Shown here one piece after another: positions 24,577-38,400 of a DNA stretch of 64,000 bases. How positions within the stretch are numbered: position 1 is the stretch's first letter; each line of letters begins with the position of its first letter. The translations under genes and the position numbers were made by a program. The notes under the pieces were generated by a model. The model was given only the letters and a program-made list of their open reading frames with translations. It searched no databases and was not told the DNA's origin. This DNA comes from Takakia lepidozioides (Eukaryota; Plantae; Bryophyta), in NCBI GenBank assembly GCA_030704615.1, contig CM060731.1, forward strand, positions 26,598,001-26,662,000, written 5' to 3'.

Positions 24577-26664
24577 ATGGGGATGGCGATGAAGGCAGTG
24601 GGCCTGTGGGTTGTGATGCTTGGCCTTGTGCGTGTAGCAGCGGCGGTGCGTGTGCAGGAGTTGATGATCACGCCAGCTGCAAGCGAGTGCGAGAGCTTGA
24701 AAGCCGTAAAGAGCCCAACTTTCAGAGCTCCCCCTCTCCGCTTTCGTGCTGGAGAAGTGAGAAATCTGTGGCACTTTGTGGATGCTCCTCCCGGGCACTA
24801 CGCCACGAGGGATTTCTTCGGGGAGCTGGTTGACGAGAATGGGATTTCTGTGCCGCTCTACAAAATTTACCTGCACCACTGGTTCATGTACGAGTACGCA
24901 GTGCCCAAGGGCGGGATGGAGAAGGCCAAGGTATCGCTTCTGCGGGAAGTCACAAATCCTGAGAGTTATCTCCGCCATCATAGGAAACCACTGAAGGATT
25001 ATCCCGGGGTGGAAGACGAGTGGACGAAGATGCAGCAGTTCGGTGTGGGTGCTGAGACTCGCCGATCGAAGTTCGGGATGCCAGCCCCCTACGGATTTGA
25101 GGCCGGCAACCGTTTTGGCAACGACTACGAGTCTTTGTGGTTGCTTAACGTGCATGGTATAGATACACGAGGCGCGGTGGATAGAATGCAATGTATTGAA
25201 TGCAGGTATGGTTAGCTGCTTAACATTGTTTGGTTAGCACTGATCTGCTCGGTCAGAAGTAGAAAACAGAAGAGGGAATATTAAGTAGAAGTTCTCGTCC
25301 TCTTCTCCCACTTTCTTCCACTACAAGTCGTGAACACTGTCGCGGGAATCTTGTGTTTGGATCTTACACTCTGGGATCGACTGTAACAGAATGAGTACGA
25401 ATGAGAGAGAATATGTGGGTCTCTAGTTTTCTTCGATTTGTTCTTCAAAATGACAGGAGGGAGGGCTACATGCAGGTGTGACGTGTACAATCACACGGAT
25501 GATGCTGTGAGTCGGGGGCTTCCAGAAGGATACCATGGGGGTCTCTTGTGCTGCTCGAAGAACACTGATCGCTGCCCTGTGAAGGATGCATTCCAAGGAG
25601 ACGAATTTGCAATGGACGTCTACTTTCAGGTTCTAGAACTTTTCTGTTTCCTCCAGGTGTACCGCCAATGAGGAATATGTACATCTCTTGATCACTTGGG
25701 GCGCTAGACCTGTTGCTTGTGTATGTATCGCTGTGTTGTGGCTCAGCAGACCTGATCTGGGTCTGTATGCATGCATCTTTCTTGCAACCAGAGCTACGGT
25801 TAACTTTTCTATACTAGTTTCTCAAACTGTTAACTACCAATATTGTAGGCACATGCAAATGAGTTGGTTGGCGGTCTCTTAGCGGTATTTAAGTAATTCC
25901 TGACCTTCTTGTGAGCGTCTTGTTGGCAATCTAAATGTGTAGACCGCACGCAATTATGCAGGTTGCTCACATTAAGGTTTCATCCTCGTTTCATCTTCAT
26001 TACGGACAATCGTGATGCAGTGGTCGATGCTCTGCTCCAACTGCTAGCGAGCACAATGTTATAAATTTGTAGTCTAGCGGAGTTTCACATTCTGAAAACG
26101 CTCTCCGCACATTAATTACATCACTTACTTACGAGCACTTCATCCACTGGATTGCAGTATACGTGGTCCTACGTGCCCTGGGATGAGTGTGTGGAGCCTT
26201 TGAAGTGCGTCAGAGTGGATGTGACCAACGTCGGAGACGGGGAAAAGCTAGAATACGAAGTTGAGGCATGCAACCCAGACAAAGCTGACTCCGACGACTG
26301 TGTGGACACCCACATCTCTTACCAAGCGGCCGCTGCTGGAGGGCATCTCATCTCTGCAGTTGCACATCTTCACGAATCAGCCTTGAGTGCAGTTATCTGG
26401 GGAGAAGACGAGCGCTTGCTCTGCTCTTCGCCTCCCATCTATGGTCGCAGTAATGTGGCTGGGGATGAAGCAGACTATGTGGTGGGAGTTCAGGCTTGTT
26501 TTCCCACCCCGGGCACCCCATCTTACACCATCAAGAAAGGCGAGATTATGAGGTTTGAGGTGAACTACTCCAGAATCGGGGCCCCCCATGTGGGTCTGAT
26601 GGGGATTATGTACTTGAAGATCGCCCCTGCTCGGCCTGCGGGGCTGCTTCCTGACTTTTCTTAG
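24577..26664 (+). CDS. Stress up-regulated Nod19 (SURNod19) family secreted protein; exons 24577-25205, 25476-25629, 26158-26664
   Basis: Signal peptide; VPLYKIYLHHW, GVGAETR, PAPYG, WLLNVHGIDTRG..DR..CIECRC, GY.GGL.CC, VAHLH, LLCSSPPIYG..AGDEADYVVG...C, YS....HVGLMG; intron phases consistent. Alternative in-frame ATGs at 24541, 24583 and 24589. Confidence 0.9.
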
Positions 26665-27449
26665 CAAGCCTCCCTGCCCTGTGCATGCATGGCCCAGCAG
26701 GATACCTCCAAGTCTCAGCCTTTGCACCACCTTTCCAACACTTGTTCAGCAAAAAATGCTCTTAAAAACTATACCATACTTTCAGGTACAAGTCTGTAGA
26801 CGTTAATGTGAAGGAAGGGACAATGATCTGGCAGCCATCATTCTAAATCTGACTCTTCACATTCCAATGTTGAAACTTTCAATACATATGAAGAGCTAGT
26901 GGTATACTACTAGTAGTATAGTACTGACAGATTAAATTTTTTTACTTCTATGAATTTTCAGCACTTTTTTTCAGAACGGGCAGACGCTTTTGGGGCCCAA
27001 AATTTCTGCTGACGTTTCTATACTACAATATCTTTTCCGAACCTTTTTTTAGGGCAGCCTTTCTTCCCACCAAGCTTCAGAAATTTTTGGGTTTGTTTTT
27101 CCTTTGTCCGTCCAACAAGGGATGGGCAGCAGGAAATTTCAGCTGCTACAGGATCAGTCCTTTGAAATATGCAGAGTGATGTTTGTTGGATGAAAGAGGT
27201 TCGGTCTGGATGGATATTGTTCATCCATAGGAACGGACACATTTATTTGGTGGGGTCATATATCACTTTCAGACGCGAAGAGTTATGAGCCGATCATTAA
27301 CGCCCCGGGCGAGCCGTCGACGTCGTGGATGGACAGTTTACTCAGCATCCGTCCATGAGATGCGTTTCTCATCCGTGACGCCAGGTGGTACTGGAACCGC
27401 ACGTGCCAATTCTTGAGAAGTGAGGATCGATCCGGTGTGGTTGATAAGC

Positions 27450-28260
27450 AGCAGGGGATGGGTTTGTGGGTAGGTCCAACTTTCGGAACAGAGCCGATGA
27501 GCTTTCGGGCTAGAGGTGAAAAGGTTGTTTTACTTCGTGGACGCTCCTCCCGGATACGATGGCACCACGGATTTCCTTGCGGAGATGATAGATGAGAAAG
27601 GAAACTATGTGCCTGCTTTAGAGACCTACTTGTATCATTGGCTTATGTATGAGTATGCAGTGCCCAAGATCACGAAAGAGGAGGCCAAGAAATTACTGTT
27701 CAGGGAATTGGAGAAGGATCTAGTGAGTTCACTGTTGAAGGGTTATCACGGGGCCGGGAAATTTGAGGGAGCTGGGGACCGTTGGGGGAGGACTATGAAT
27801 CCGTGTGGGTGCTTGACGTCCATGCCATTGATATCCGAGGCGCCGTGGAGACTAGAATTGTGGCATACATGTACTGAATGGAGACTGAATGCAGGTTGGG
27901 TTACAGCTGTACCTAAACTACAGCTCGTTGCTGCACTCGGTTTGAAATTATGTCTCAATTGGTGTGGACAATCATCGATTGTTACTTTGACCTTCTTTCA
28001 TCTCAAAAACTTGTTGACGTGGTTTTTCAGTTGTCCCACTAAATCCTGGTACATGCACTCGTCTGGGACCTATTATTTTTGTATATTCTTTAACTGGAAG
28101 TCTATTGAACTATGTCAAGCCTGTACGTGCAATCTTTCCACCGCCCCTGTGGGTCGGCGGCAGAAGGTTACAAGGGGGTCTGAGCTACTGCGAAACAAAT
28201 GATCGATGCGCTGTGGATGATGGCATCCTAGGAGGCGAACTTGCACTAGTTCTTACGTTG
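27450..28260 (+). pseudogene. Decayed tandem paralog of the SURNod19 gene
   Basis: FVDAPPG..TTDF.AEM.DE.G..VP..ETYLYHWLMYEYAVPK, then in a shifted frame YESVWVLDVHAIDIRGAV; internal deletion, frameshifts and stops; no third exon found. Confidence 0.85.
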
Positions 28261-28399
28261 AAAAGAAGTAGGATTTGAGAGTAAAAATGCACAAACGAAT
28301 TTCACTCAGACAATCAGAGCAGACTTGTAAAACTCTATAATCTCTGAGTTGTTCTCTTTCTGATCGGATAATGCAGTCTTCTCACCTATTGATGGGACA

Positions 28400-29700
28400 A
28401 ACAGTGAGTGATGATGGTGGTGGACTTGTTAAAAGTCGATGTGGGAACTCTGGTTAATCTTGCGGCCATTTATGACCGCTCCGGATTTGCTCAAAAATGT
28501 CATTCCCAAAATGAGATCCACTTCATAGCATTCCAAGGCGGACCCAATTATAGTGATTGGGGCGCACAGTTGGTTCAAGGTTATCTTCCTAGTCAAAAAA
28601 GGTTCAAGGCGAACCCTTGCTCAAGGTGATGCCAAAAGCGACATCACGAGTGGTCGTAAGCAAATGTTGTTGCAGTAAGGCGATTCGATTCTCGGGGAGG
28701 ATCATTCCTTGGCCCTAAAATGGGTCAAGAATAGTGCACTGGGAGGAGCTTGAGAGGCTCCACCCTTGGCCGAGACTTGGAGGAAGTCGGCCGAACTAGC
28801 TAGTGGAGAGTAGAGTCAAGTGGGGGTTTGGTTCCTAGCCATGGGACGTCATGGTGCGGAAACAAACTCCTTAATGTGGGACGCCACAACTTGGATGTTC
28901 GTTTTTACAAAATGGACAAGTTGATGAGGACATCAACTCCCTGTTGGTAGGGGTGTGTGTCGCGGCCCTTTTCCTCGAGGGCAGGGGGGTCGGGACGCAG
29001 GAGGGGCTGCCCCTGTGGTGGGGGCAGTGGAAGCGATAGGTAGGGGGGGGAGGCTGAAGCACCCTTGAGTGCCTAAGGCACTCAAGGAGGCAGAGGCGCT
29101 CACTAGGTGGAGCCCCGCACACCGAGTTGCGGTAGGGTGGCTCCACAAAGGGTGGTGGTAGCTTAGTGGGACTTAGGGGGGTGGCATATGACTCACCATG
29201 GGGGCGGAGACCTTGTGGTGGGAGTCGTGGGGAGTCTTGGGACTCATCACGGTCCAATGGGATCGTGGTGAATGGGCCAAGACTCACCGCGACTCATCAC
29301 CGGGAATCGAGGGTTTTCGTGGTGGTTCGTCAAAAAATGGCATGGTTGTTTGTGAAACCCCCGCGGACAGTCACAGAAGTATATATAGGGAGTAATAACC
29401 CCGAGAACGGTGCAAGCCTGTTGGTGACCAAAAACTAGTGAGTAAGCGTGCGAGCCGGAAAGCGACCAGGGTGTGGGGAGCTATTCCGGACTGCCATCGA
29501 CCAAAGGGAATTTTCACTAGGCCCAAATTGGGAGAGGGTCTTGTGGGGGAGTGAAGGGGGACCGTTATGTCCCGGTGAGCAGCCAAAGCTCCGAGTTGGT
29601 CCGGCGGCCAGTTAGGGAGTTAGACGCGCGCATCAGAGCGAGTAACTATGACTTGAAAGGGAGCTTACCGAAGTGAGGTGCGCGACACAACAGTTGTTTA
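28400..29700 (-). mobile_element. Degenerate Ty3/gypsy-like gag-protease relic
   Basis: Minus strand 28460-28535 reads YEVDLILGMTFLSKSGAVING (retropepsin C-terminal motif), preceded by a Pro-rich region and CPFC..EH; many stops; boundaries approximate. Confidence 0.4.
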
Positions 29701-30659
29701 CTTAAGACGGACAAGATATCGGCTTATCTCTTTCACAAATAAAAGCAACAGAGTTTTTTTTTTTTTTTTCATTTAAGAATTTGAGCCACGTTGGCTCCTG
29801 GCTGGCCTATGAGGAAGATCAATTGGCAAATCTGTGGCATGTGATCTCGAACCGGTGGCTACTGTCAAGAATGTTTGATGAGTTTTATGCGAACTCAACT
29901 CAAGTAGTGTTCGGTTTGTGGGAGCGACAAGGGAGGTAATTTTTTCTAAGTAACAACGACACTGCATATTGCAAAGCATGTTGTTGAGCGAAAATACCCT
30001 CCGGAGGAATTGACCCTTAGCCACAAAGACTCTGCCCACTGCAGCACAAGGCGAGATCTACACAAGCAAATCACGTTAGTGTACAGGAACAAACATAAAT
30101 GAAAAAAACACCCGGAACACCTTAAAAGTTTCATGCAAGGCAAAAAAGCCATGGAAACAAAGGCAACCAGCCTAGCACAACTCTCTCACATGGATACAAT
30201 CCATTGACAAATATGACTAATATTGTCCAAGGTCAGCAACTCTGCTCAAAGCCTCATGTGCCAATGCAAGAGGCGGTGCAAGTATGCTTAAATGGAGGTA
30301 CATGACACGGATAATAGGCGGATAAGCGAAACCTAAACGAGAGTTCCCTCCATAGCTCGACCCCTTGGCGAAAGCGGAAAGAGTTTACTCCTTGCGCTGG
30401 TAGGGTGGTAGGGTTTCTAGAAATCAATAGGCAAGATCATGTGGATCTAACGAACCCAAATGGCATGTAGCTCTTTCCCTGTGCGATAGCTGTACAGGCG
30501 GCGTCCTCATGGCAGCGACATGATGGAATTAGGAAGGGCAGTAATGCGAAACAGTGACATATTTTAACCCATAATTTCTTTGTAGATTTCGTGAGGCCAG
30601 TTTCTTCCTCGAAAAGTGGCGAAATTTCGCGCATAAAAAAAATGTCGATAAGTAATAAC

Positions 30660-31514
30660 TGTCACGGACATAGCCCAGAAGAACTTACCAAGAGTAAATA
30701 TCATAAGTTACCAAGTTATCATGTTCTCGAAAGTTATCATGATTTACCATGATCTACCATAATTTACCATTACTTACCAAGTTATCAGGAGTTTACCAAA
30801 TTACCAAGAGTAACTTGGGAAACTGCTCAGGAAGCTTCCTTTGGAGGAAACTTCTCCATCAAGATACATTCTTTGTTTAAAGAAGCTTCTCCAGCAAGAA
30901 ACCTCCATAGGGGAAGCTTCTTAGTAGTCAGTGTATATAGGAGGCGAGACTGAATACTCTTCAGTCTTGCCAACACCAGTTCAAGCTACTCTTGTTTCCA
31001 GTTCCCAGTACTCCAGTCCAGTTCCCAGTACCCTAGTCCAGTTTCCAGTATCTGGTACTCCAATCCAGTTTCCAGCATTCCAGTATTCAAGTTGTGTTCC
31101 AATATCTTGTACCCTTGTTCATTGTTATAAAGATCGTCTTGATTCTTATTTACTCATTGTGCATACGGCCACGCCGACCTTGACTTCTTGCCTAGTCTTG
31201 TACCTCTAGTCTGATCTTTTGTTTGTGTTCAGTCATGTTCTCGTCCTTGATAATACCCTAGCCCAGTTTCCAGTATCTGGTACTCCAGTCCAGTTTCCAG
31301 CATTCCAGTTGTGTTCCAATATCTTGTACCCTTGTTCATTGTTATAAAGATCGTCTTGATTCATATTTACTCATCGTGCATACGGCCACACCGACCTTGA
31401 CTTCTTGTCTAGTCTTGTACCTCTAGTCTGATGATTGTTTGTGTTCAGTCATGTTCTCGTCCTTGACAACGACAAGCTGCTACGTCTATTTGTTCTGTAC
31501 GCGGTGATACGACA
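30660..31514 (+). mobile_element. LTR-like segment (TG...CA)
   Basis: Starts TGTCAC, ends TACGACA; short repeated TTACCA motifs precede a TATATA at about 30934; no TSD found. Confidence 0.4.
31029..31466 (+). repeat. Tandem duplication of about 220 bp
   Basis: 31029-31249 and 31254-31466 are near-identical (taccctag.ccagtttccagtatctgg ... catgttctcgtccttga). Confidence 0.9.
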
Positions 31515-32289
31515 GAGAATTCCCAAACTAATTAGTCAAAGTTGATGGCTTCCATTGCTGCCCACTAGTATTTTGAAAACCTGCCCTTCTCAAGAATATA
31601 AACAGAAAACCCCTACAGCATACAAAAAAATTTGGGGAACAATATGTAAGATGCTGGCAATTGACGTGTCATGGTTTTGATTGTGGTTAGTTAAAATTAG
31701 TTATTTTTAACTAATTAAGACTTTATATATTTATATTTGTATTTATTGACATTGGGACTTCATTTGGTTCCATGTACCAAGTGAGGTGGCGAATCTCACT
31801 TGGGATGTGGAGAGACTCATCTCCACGTGAGACTCGTCTTCTTCTAGTCGAGCCTTCCGAGCCTCTCTCACCTCCATGACTCTGGTTCATGAGTAGGAGT
31901 GTGCGTGAGTGTTGTATGATGAATTCCTTTAAGCTAAGGTGCCATTGACTTGACTATTAAAGAATGATAGTGGGATAGTATTTGGAGGTTTATGTGTGCT
32001 CTTGATGCGATGTGGTTTCATACAAAGAAAGTTTCCATTGCATTCTACTTCTCTCATTTCTCATCTCTTTTCACTAGAAGAAGACCATAACCATTGTGGC
32101 ATAGTTTTCTAGGACTATATGCTAGGAAGTGTGGTTGGACAGCGATGTGTGTTGTGACACGATGCTTAGGTGCACGACAGACGAAAAATGAGGGAATGAG
32201 AGGGACAACAGAGAGATTATGAAACAACAAGAAACGGAACAAAAATATGAGGAGGTCAATCGTTTGGTTTGTTTCTAGAGAGAGCGCAT

Positions 32290-32435
32290 TAAACTAGCAT
32301 TGGCACTGGTGAGCATTATGGATACTGTCCACAATAACCATGTCATGCACATTGACGACTTGTCCCCCCATAACGTCTTGTTGCATTTTTCACTTAGTAC
32401 CGAGGAAGTTAAGATTGGGGTGTGTGATTGGAGAT
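32290..32435 (+). pseudogene. Protein-kinase catalytic-loop fragment
   Basis: VHNNHVMHIDDLSPHNVLLHF....VKIGVCDW resembles the HxDLxxxN loop and DFG-equivalent; no other subdomains are recognisable. Confidence 0.4.
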
Positions 32436-32779
32436 GGCTACCTCAATGGAGGCAAGGGAACAATCAACCATGTCCCCCCTACTGATATCATGCACTTATA
32501 CTATAGTAATTTTCTATGTTTCTTTACTGCCCTTCTAAAGATGTTACAATTCGATCCGACTGAATGACACTAGATGTGTAAAAAACATGATCATTTCTTT
32601 GCTTATACAACTTTAGTAAAGCTGGGTTACTCTCTCCTCAATCCACATGTGTCGATGGACCGGAAATGAAACGCAAAATGACATCACAATCTTACAACAC
32701 TATCTAACTAGAAAGACTATTTGGATTGATGTTTGGAGAAAAGATAGAGCAGCAAAATCTGACACAAATATCTCTGTGA

Positions 32780-33620
32780 AGAGGATTTGTGGTCATTGCT
32801 TTATATGTGGATGATACATAAATCATTATCACCATTGATCATCAAAGATTGTTGTCACAAACTAAAGCACTATTACATACTGAGTTTGTCATGACTCATA
32901 TGGATGAGATTGGGTTTTGTCTTGGTATTCAACGTCAACTCCCTCTCGCAGTTGGTTTGAAACTCACGAATGAAATGACACCTAGAAAAGAAGATGATAT
33001 AAAGATGACTTCTTATCAAAGCGCGATTAGCAATTTAACGTACTGCATGGTTTATACTATGCCAGACATTGCTCGTTCAGTAGGAGTGGTCTCACAATTT
33101 CTTTCAGATCCCAGACAAATCCTGATGATATTTCGATATCTAAGAGAAACATCAGCATCTGGTCTATTCTACAAGAGAGTGGAAAATCCAAAGTTGATGG
33201 GGTTTGTTGATGCTGACTGGGCAGAAGATGTTGATAATATAAAATCAACTTCAGACCATTGTTTTCTCCTAGTAAGTGGAGTTGTATCTTGGTCTAACAA
33301 ACGACAAGTTGCAACAACGTTGTCATCAAGAGAAGCTGAGTACATGTCAATTACACAAGCAGCAAAATAGGATATTTGGTTACGAAAGTTGGTTGGAGAT
33401 TTGGGTCATCTCCAATCATTATCTACAACTCTCTTTTATGACAATCAAAGTGCGATTGCACTGACTCAGATCCGAAGTATCATTTAAGGACCAAGCATAT
33501 TGAAGTTCAACATCACTACCATCACTATGTACGAGAAGTTGTATGTAAAGGAAATGCAGATGTTTTGACAAAGAGTCTACCACAAACAAAACACATCAAG
33601 TGTTCAGCTACTTGGTGTCT
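32780..33620 (+). mobile_element. Ty1/copia reverse transcriptase-RNase H fragment
   Basis: IALYVDD, PDIA.SVGVVSQF, GFVDADWA...STS, VSWS.KRQ....LSS.EAEY, YDNQSAIAL, RTKHIEV..HY, ADVLTKSL; with stops and frameshifts. Confidence 0.9.
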
Positions 33621-33628
33621 CTTCTATG

Positions 33629-33912
33629 CACTGTTTTTTTTTTCACTTTTCCAAAATCGCAGGCAGGCCGACTTGTAGATTTTACCCAGTGCCCATATGG
33701 CGAGAATAACGAGGTGACATAGTTAGAAAAGTGGCTATATTACAGGTGTCATATTTTAACAGGTCCACGTAGGACAAATCTGGCTCCTGATATTTTACCA
33801 TTGGCGCTTTCTGGCGATTTTTCCAATTTTACTCCCGTAATTCCTTAGTAAAAGTAGTTGACCCATTTTCAGGTCGAAATCTGGCGATTTTTCGCCAGAT
33901 TAAAAAACACAG
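33629..33912. mobile_element. hAT-type MITE (284 bp)
   Basis: 8-bp TSD CTTCTATG at 33621-33628 and 33913-33920; imperfect TIRs CACTGTTTTTT / AAAAAACACAG; internal repeats of TGGCGATTTTTC. Confidence 0.75.
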
Positions 33913-34374
33913 CTTCTATGCCATTATTAAGAAATTTTAATAATGTAAGAAGTGAACTAATGCATGACAATTGAAGGTTGTCAACAGGCCTCTGACTATA
34001 CAATCCTGAAAAATACATTCTGATATTTTTCAATTCAACCCAATGCATATAAGTTGGTAGTAAGTCTCAGAGAAAAGACCAGAGTAACCATATGAACTCT
34101 GGACTTACGTTAGGATGTGTCTATGTGAAATGAATAACCATATTGACCCTACACCCCAACTCCAAACATATGCATAGCTTGTAGAGTGTTACATAACACA
34201 GACTCTGCAACTTTGCTCCTCTAATTATTTTTTGTTGGCTCCTCCCTCAAGGAGAGACACGCATTGGTGCCAAAACCAAGTTAATACACCTTATTAGTTA
34301 ATGCCTATTTTCAGAGGGTGTATTATTATTTGAGCTTTCTATGTGCAACATGGCTTTCCAACATAGTGACAAAG

Positions 34375-34615
34375 AGCCCCATCCACCCCCTCTTCAACAG
34401 CGGTGATAGACTCGCACCGACCAACTATCGCACAATTATGGTGTATCCGTTACTCGCTAAACTGTTTGGGCAATAGTGGCCATGGAACTGGATGATTGGG
34501 CTGTATCCTCTCACATGTGTGCTATGGGGCAACCAGGTTTCCGTCGCAACAGATCCACTCTTGACCACATTTTCACTTTTCAGACTATGGTAGAACTGAC
34601 AAAAAAAATGGTGTA
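34375..34615 (+). mobile_element. LINE reverse transcriptase fragment
   Basis: PIHPLFNSGDR..PTNYRTIMV...LAKLFG and GQPGFRRNRSTLDHIF (LINE RT N-terminal motifs). Confidence 0.75.
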
Positions 34616-35149
34616 TGTTTATGATTTAGTGATGGTCCCTACTCTTGTTTGGGTTTCCCAGTAGGCTTGTTCATAACCAAAGCCCGTCCAATCTCTACCA
34701 TCATATAAATTACCTCACTCTCCGCCTACCCCGCTCTTGGCAGAGCGATACAACAGAGCGAAGGGGTCCTCCTATAGATATTACACCCGCACACTCTTAC
34801 TAATTTGAATGGGACTCTGTGAAAGGCGGTTGTTCCTTTTAGAAAGCTCTAGAAAGAACCACCCCACATATCTTACTTTCTCTGCGCAGTAATTGTTAGA
34901 ATTGATAGCAAGAAAGACTAAAGTTTAAGCTCTCCACCCAACCATAGAAATTGCTATCATACTCTTGATCATCGACTACACTGTTAGATCTCTATCTACT
35001 TGGTCACTTCCACTTCCTCCTATGATGACCATTCACCTTCTAATTATTCACCTTCCAATGGTGAGTTAAACATGGTAGTCTCTTCGTCTTCTAGATCTTT
35101 GGCCTTCTAGAAGATCATATGTTTACTTACTTCCAACACTCCCCACTTA
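34616..35149 (-). mobile_element. LTR (about 523 bp) with preceding polypurine tract, cutting the LINE RT fragment
   Basis: Minus strand AAGTGGGGAG-TGTTGG with the LTR starting at 35138; the far end reads AACA at 34616; no partner LTR seen. Confidence 0.5.
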
Positions 35150-35405
35150 ATTAAACCATATCATTGAACTACTTCACTTCAAAGTTTGAACCATAGAGGT
35201 GCTAACTATGACCAAGGTTAATCATGATGAAGCTCATCATGTTCGATCGCACGCTAGCCTTGTATATGTCGAAGATTTCCTAGATCTGTAGTCATCTTAT
35301 CCGTTGAACAATCATTAGCTTAATTGATACAATTACCAAGCTCTTTGGAGTTGCTTGCAACTCATACTTGGAAGACAACACAATTCATCTTCTTCCCCTC
35401 TACTC

Positions 35406-38400
35406 TTATTTGTACATAGAAGAGATCTCCTCTTTGAACCGGGATGCAACCACATCGCGCCGAACCTTCATTGTGGGAGTCAATAACCCATTCTCAATCT
35501 GAGACACATGGTTACCACAAAGTCAATTGTAGTACTTATGTAGCATTTACAAGCTTGTCTGCGAATCCATAACATGCCCCAAAAGGGGCAGATAATTGCT
35601 TTCATCTGTCACTCTCTCTTCAGCTACTTGCATGCCTGACAGTGTCATCTGGAAGAGTATACCACAACTGGATAAGCAATTGACATCCTGTATTTCTGGC
35701 CTACTGTAATTGATGTTGCAATCAGGATGTCACAGCCCATGACAGTTCCATACTGAGATGATCAAGTCACCAGAACTATTCGGTACTTAGCTTCCATGGC
35801 AGTGGTGTAGTTAGGGAAAGCATTACGCATACCTATATCCTCTTGCTACCCACCGTCGTACATGTGAGTTTCTGGGACTGAAAATATGAAGGTTCTAGGA
35901 CACAGGCTGTAGCAGCCCTTGACTAACAAGATCAGTCACTCACCCACTAGCAATACCCACCCACATAGCAAGTGTCACACATACCGTGAAGGTTTCCTTG
36001 AGAAGCACGAATGGTCCAATTGTATTAGAACAATTTCCAACACTGCACTCACCAAACAACAGAACTGGTTTACAAATGCAAGTTTCAAACCATGAACCAG
36101 CCAATGTCTTGAAGCACAGCTCATCTTTTATCACAGCAAGTGTGTCCGGATCCATATGATAATTTCATTTTCTGCTCTCCTCCGTTTACCTCTGTGAAAA
36201 TTGTAATGCCCTCAACCTCCCCTCTCTTTGAGTTGAGACATAGTTAAGTTCACGACTTTGGTTGTACATGTCAAGAACTTCAAATCATCCTCTACACAAA
36301 AACAAGTATCTAATGGACGTAGATGAGAACAAGACATCAACAATGCTAAATGTCTGACATGAGATAGAGAAAGGGACTGAACGATCACAACTAGTTGTCA
36401 GGCAAAAAACAAAGGAAATCCATGCAGCAGGAAAGAAACTCATTCCATCCACCGAAGGGGCAAAGGGAAGAGAGAGAAGGATAGATTCCAAGACAAATAC
36501 ATAGCATATGGTTAACTTACTACGTAATAAGTTCCCGGCGAATCAAATCCCTTAAGTCCTGGTTAGAGGGCTCTGAGGTGTCACCCTTGAACTCAGCAGT
36601 CACGGCTCGCAATGCATCATCATTGGCCACAATCACTGCCCCCAGGCGTCGCTGGTCCTGTACTCATGCAAAATTCCACTAGGGTCTTTCACTATCCACC
36701 GAAGCCATAACAGATTCAAAAGTGTGTTGGGGAGAGAGATCTGTAATAGTCTCAACAAACCTGACCAACCACAACAATATGCTGGATCAATTCGCTTTGC
36801 ATGGCAGCTTCCTCTATCTCGGTTGGCTCCACATTCTCACCTATCACAACAGAGGCCAATAAATGATCTTTACTTTGAGGCTTTGACAACTGAACCGCTC
36901 CTGAGAGTCTCACAACCCCACAACACGTGTGAATGAGATATTTTTGGACTTGACAGTCCTCTTGGCTTCAGCCACCCTTGATAGGGAAGGAGTGCAAACA
37001 GGGCAAAGCGAAAAACCAAAGAGCACTGTGATAGAAACTCTCTCCTTAGTTTCTTCTCATAGTTCCACCAATCATTCTACTTGCTTCCGAGATAGAAAGG
37101 AACACACGGAAGGGGCTTGTTCTCTTCCCTCCCCCGTCCAAAGAGAACCAGGGGTAGAATACATACCTGTAGAAAGGACAATAGTGTCTTTGGCACGGCC
37201 ATCCAAGACCAAGTTGCCTCCGCAAGCACGTGCGGGCCCAACTTGAGAAGCAGGCACTTCCCACCCAAGATCGCCAGTATCAAACCAGCCATCATTGTCT
37301 ACTGCTTTGCTTGTGGCTGCTGGATTCTGTGACATAAGTTGGCCAAAACAGGTAAGTCCTGCTTTCTTTGATTCACTCGTCTCACATAGACAAAAAATGG
37401 TCGCAATATCATACAGGATAAGTGCTTGGCATTTATTCAGTAACCGCATCATTCATCAAGAATGATTCCAGTTATGGAGATATCCCTGAAGAAGCATACT
37501 TTTATGTTTATGCACCCACACTCAATCTCCTTCACAACACAAATGGGTTATTAAGAAATAAATCTGAGTGGATTTAAACCCAACACCCAAGTTCTTTTTT
37601 GCCAGTTTCCATTTGAGACATTGGGGTGTAATCTAAGGACTTCTGGACGAAACAGCAGTATTGAGAGCTATCTTCATCAGCCACTGGCTTAGATCCGATG
37701 GCTCCAATTAGCGGACAACATCTCTAGAAATCTACACTATAAGATGCATTCATTGAGAATTTGTACCTTATAATACCCTTTCATGACTTGAGGCCCACGA
37801 AATTTAACAATCCCCTTGATGCCAGGTGCCACTGTTTTGCCAGTTTCTGGATCCACCACCTTCATCTCCGTTTCTGCTATAGGCTTTCCCACTGTTCCCA
37901 AAACCTGTTCAAATAGAACATCAGTTACAGGCCTTCCTCCCTACCCTTCCCTGGAACAATGAATATGAAAAAGGGAATGCCCAATGTGCGGGCGGCCTGA
38001 AGACAATATCCATTTTCTGTTACACTGTCCGGGTATCTATATCAGAGATCGACCCTCTTCAGGACCATCAAGAAAATAGTCCCTGCACCTCTGTTCACCA
38101 ACTTCAAGTATAAAGTACCATTTCATTTCTCTCTCTATTGCCCCCTATACTATGAGATCCGCGGGAGATTCCATTGTCTATTCCATGGAACTCAATCTCT
38201 CACTGAGGTCTTTCAATATGAGGATCAGAAATGCTTGGCAGCCTACCTGCACGAGGCATTCACCCTTAGACAATCACTAGAACAATAGTTCTTATCTCTC
38301 TGGTTTCCTGTTTTCTCTCATGTTTTTCTTTCCATTTTGTCCCATAAGCTCTATGAGCTTTCCGCGGACGTTATAAAGCACCATTCCATTCTCTCAAACT

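Noticed and set aside
24433-25191. 252-aa minus-strand ORF
   Set aside because: Antisense shadow of SURNod19 exon 1; the same applies to plus-strand ORFs 58485-59033 and 59071-59769 over the MTase gene.
29755-30200. Poly(T) run with adjacent minus-strand ORF fragments as an L1 3' end
   Set aside because: No diagnostic motif or TSD found.
31560-31750. Possible non-autonomous Helitron (ACTAG start, AT-rich end)
   Set aside because: No convincing terminal hairpin or TC end could be identified.
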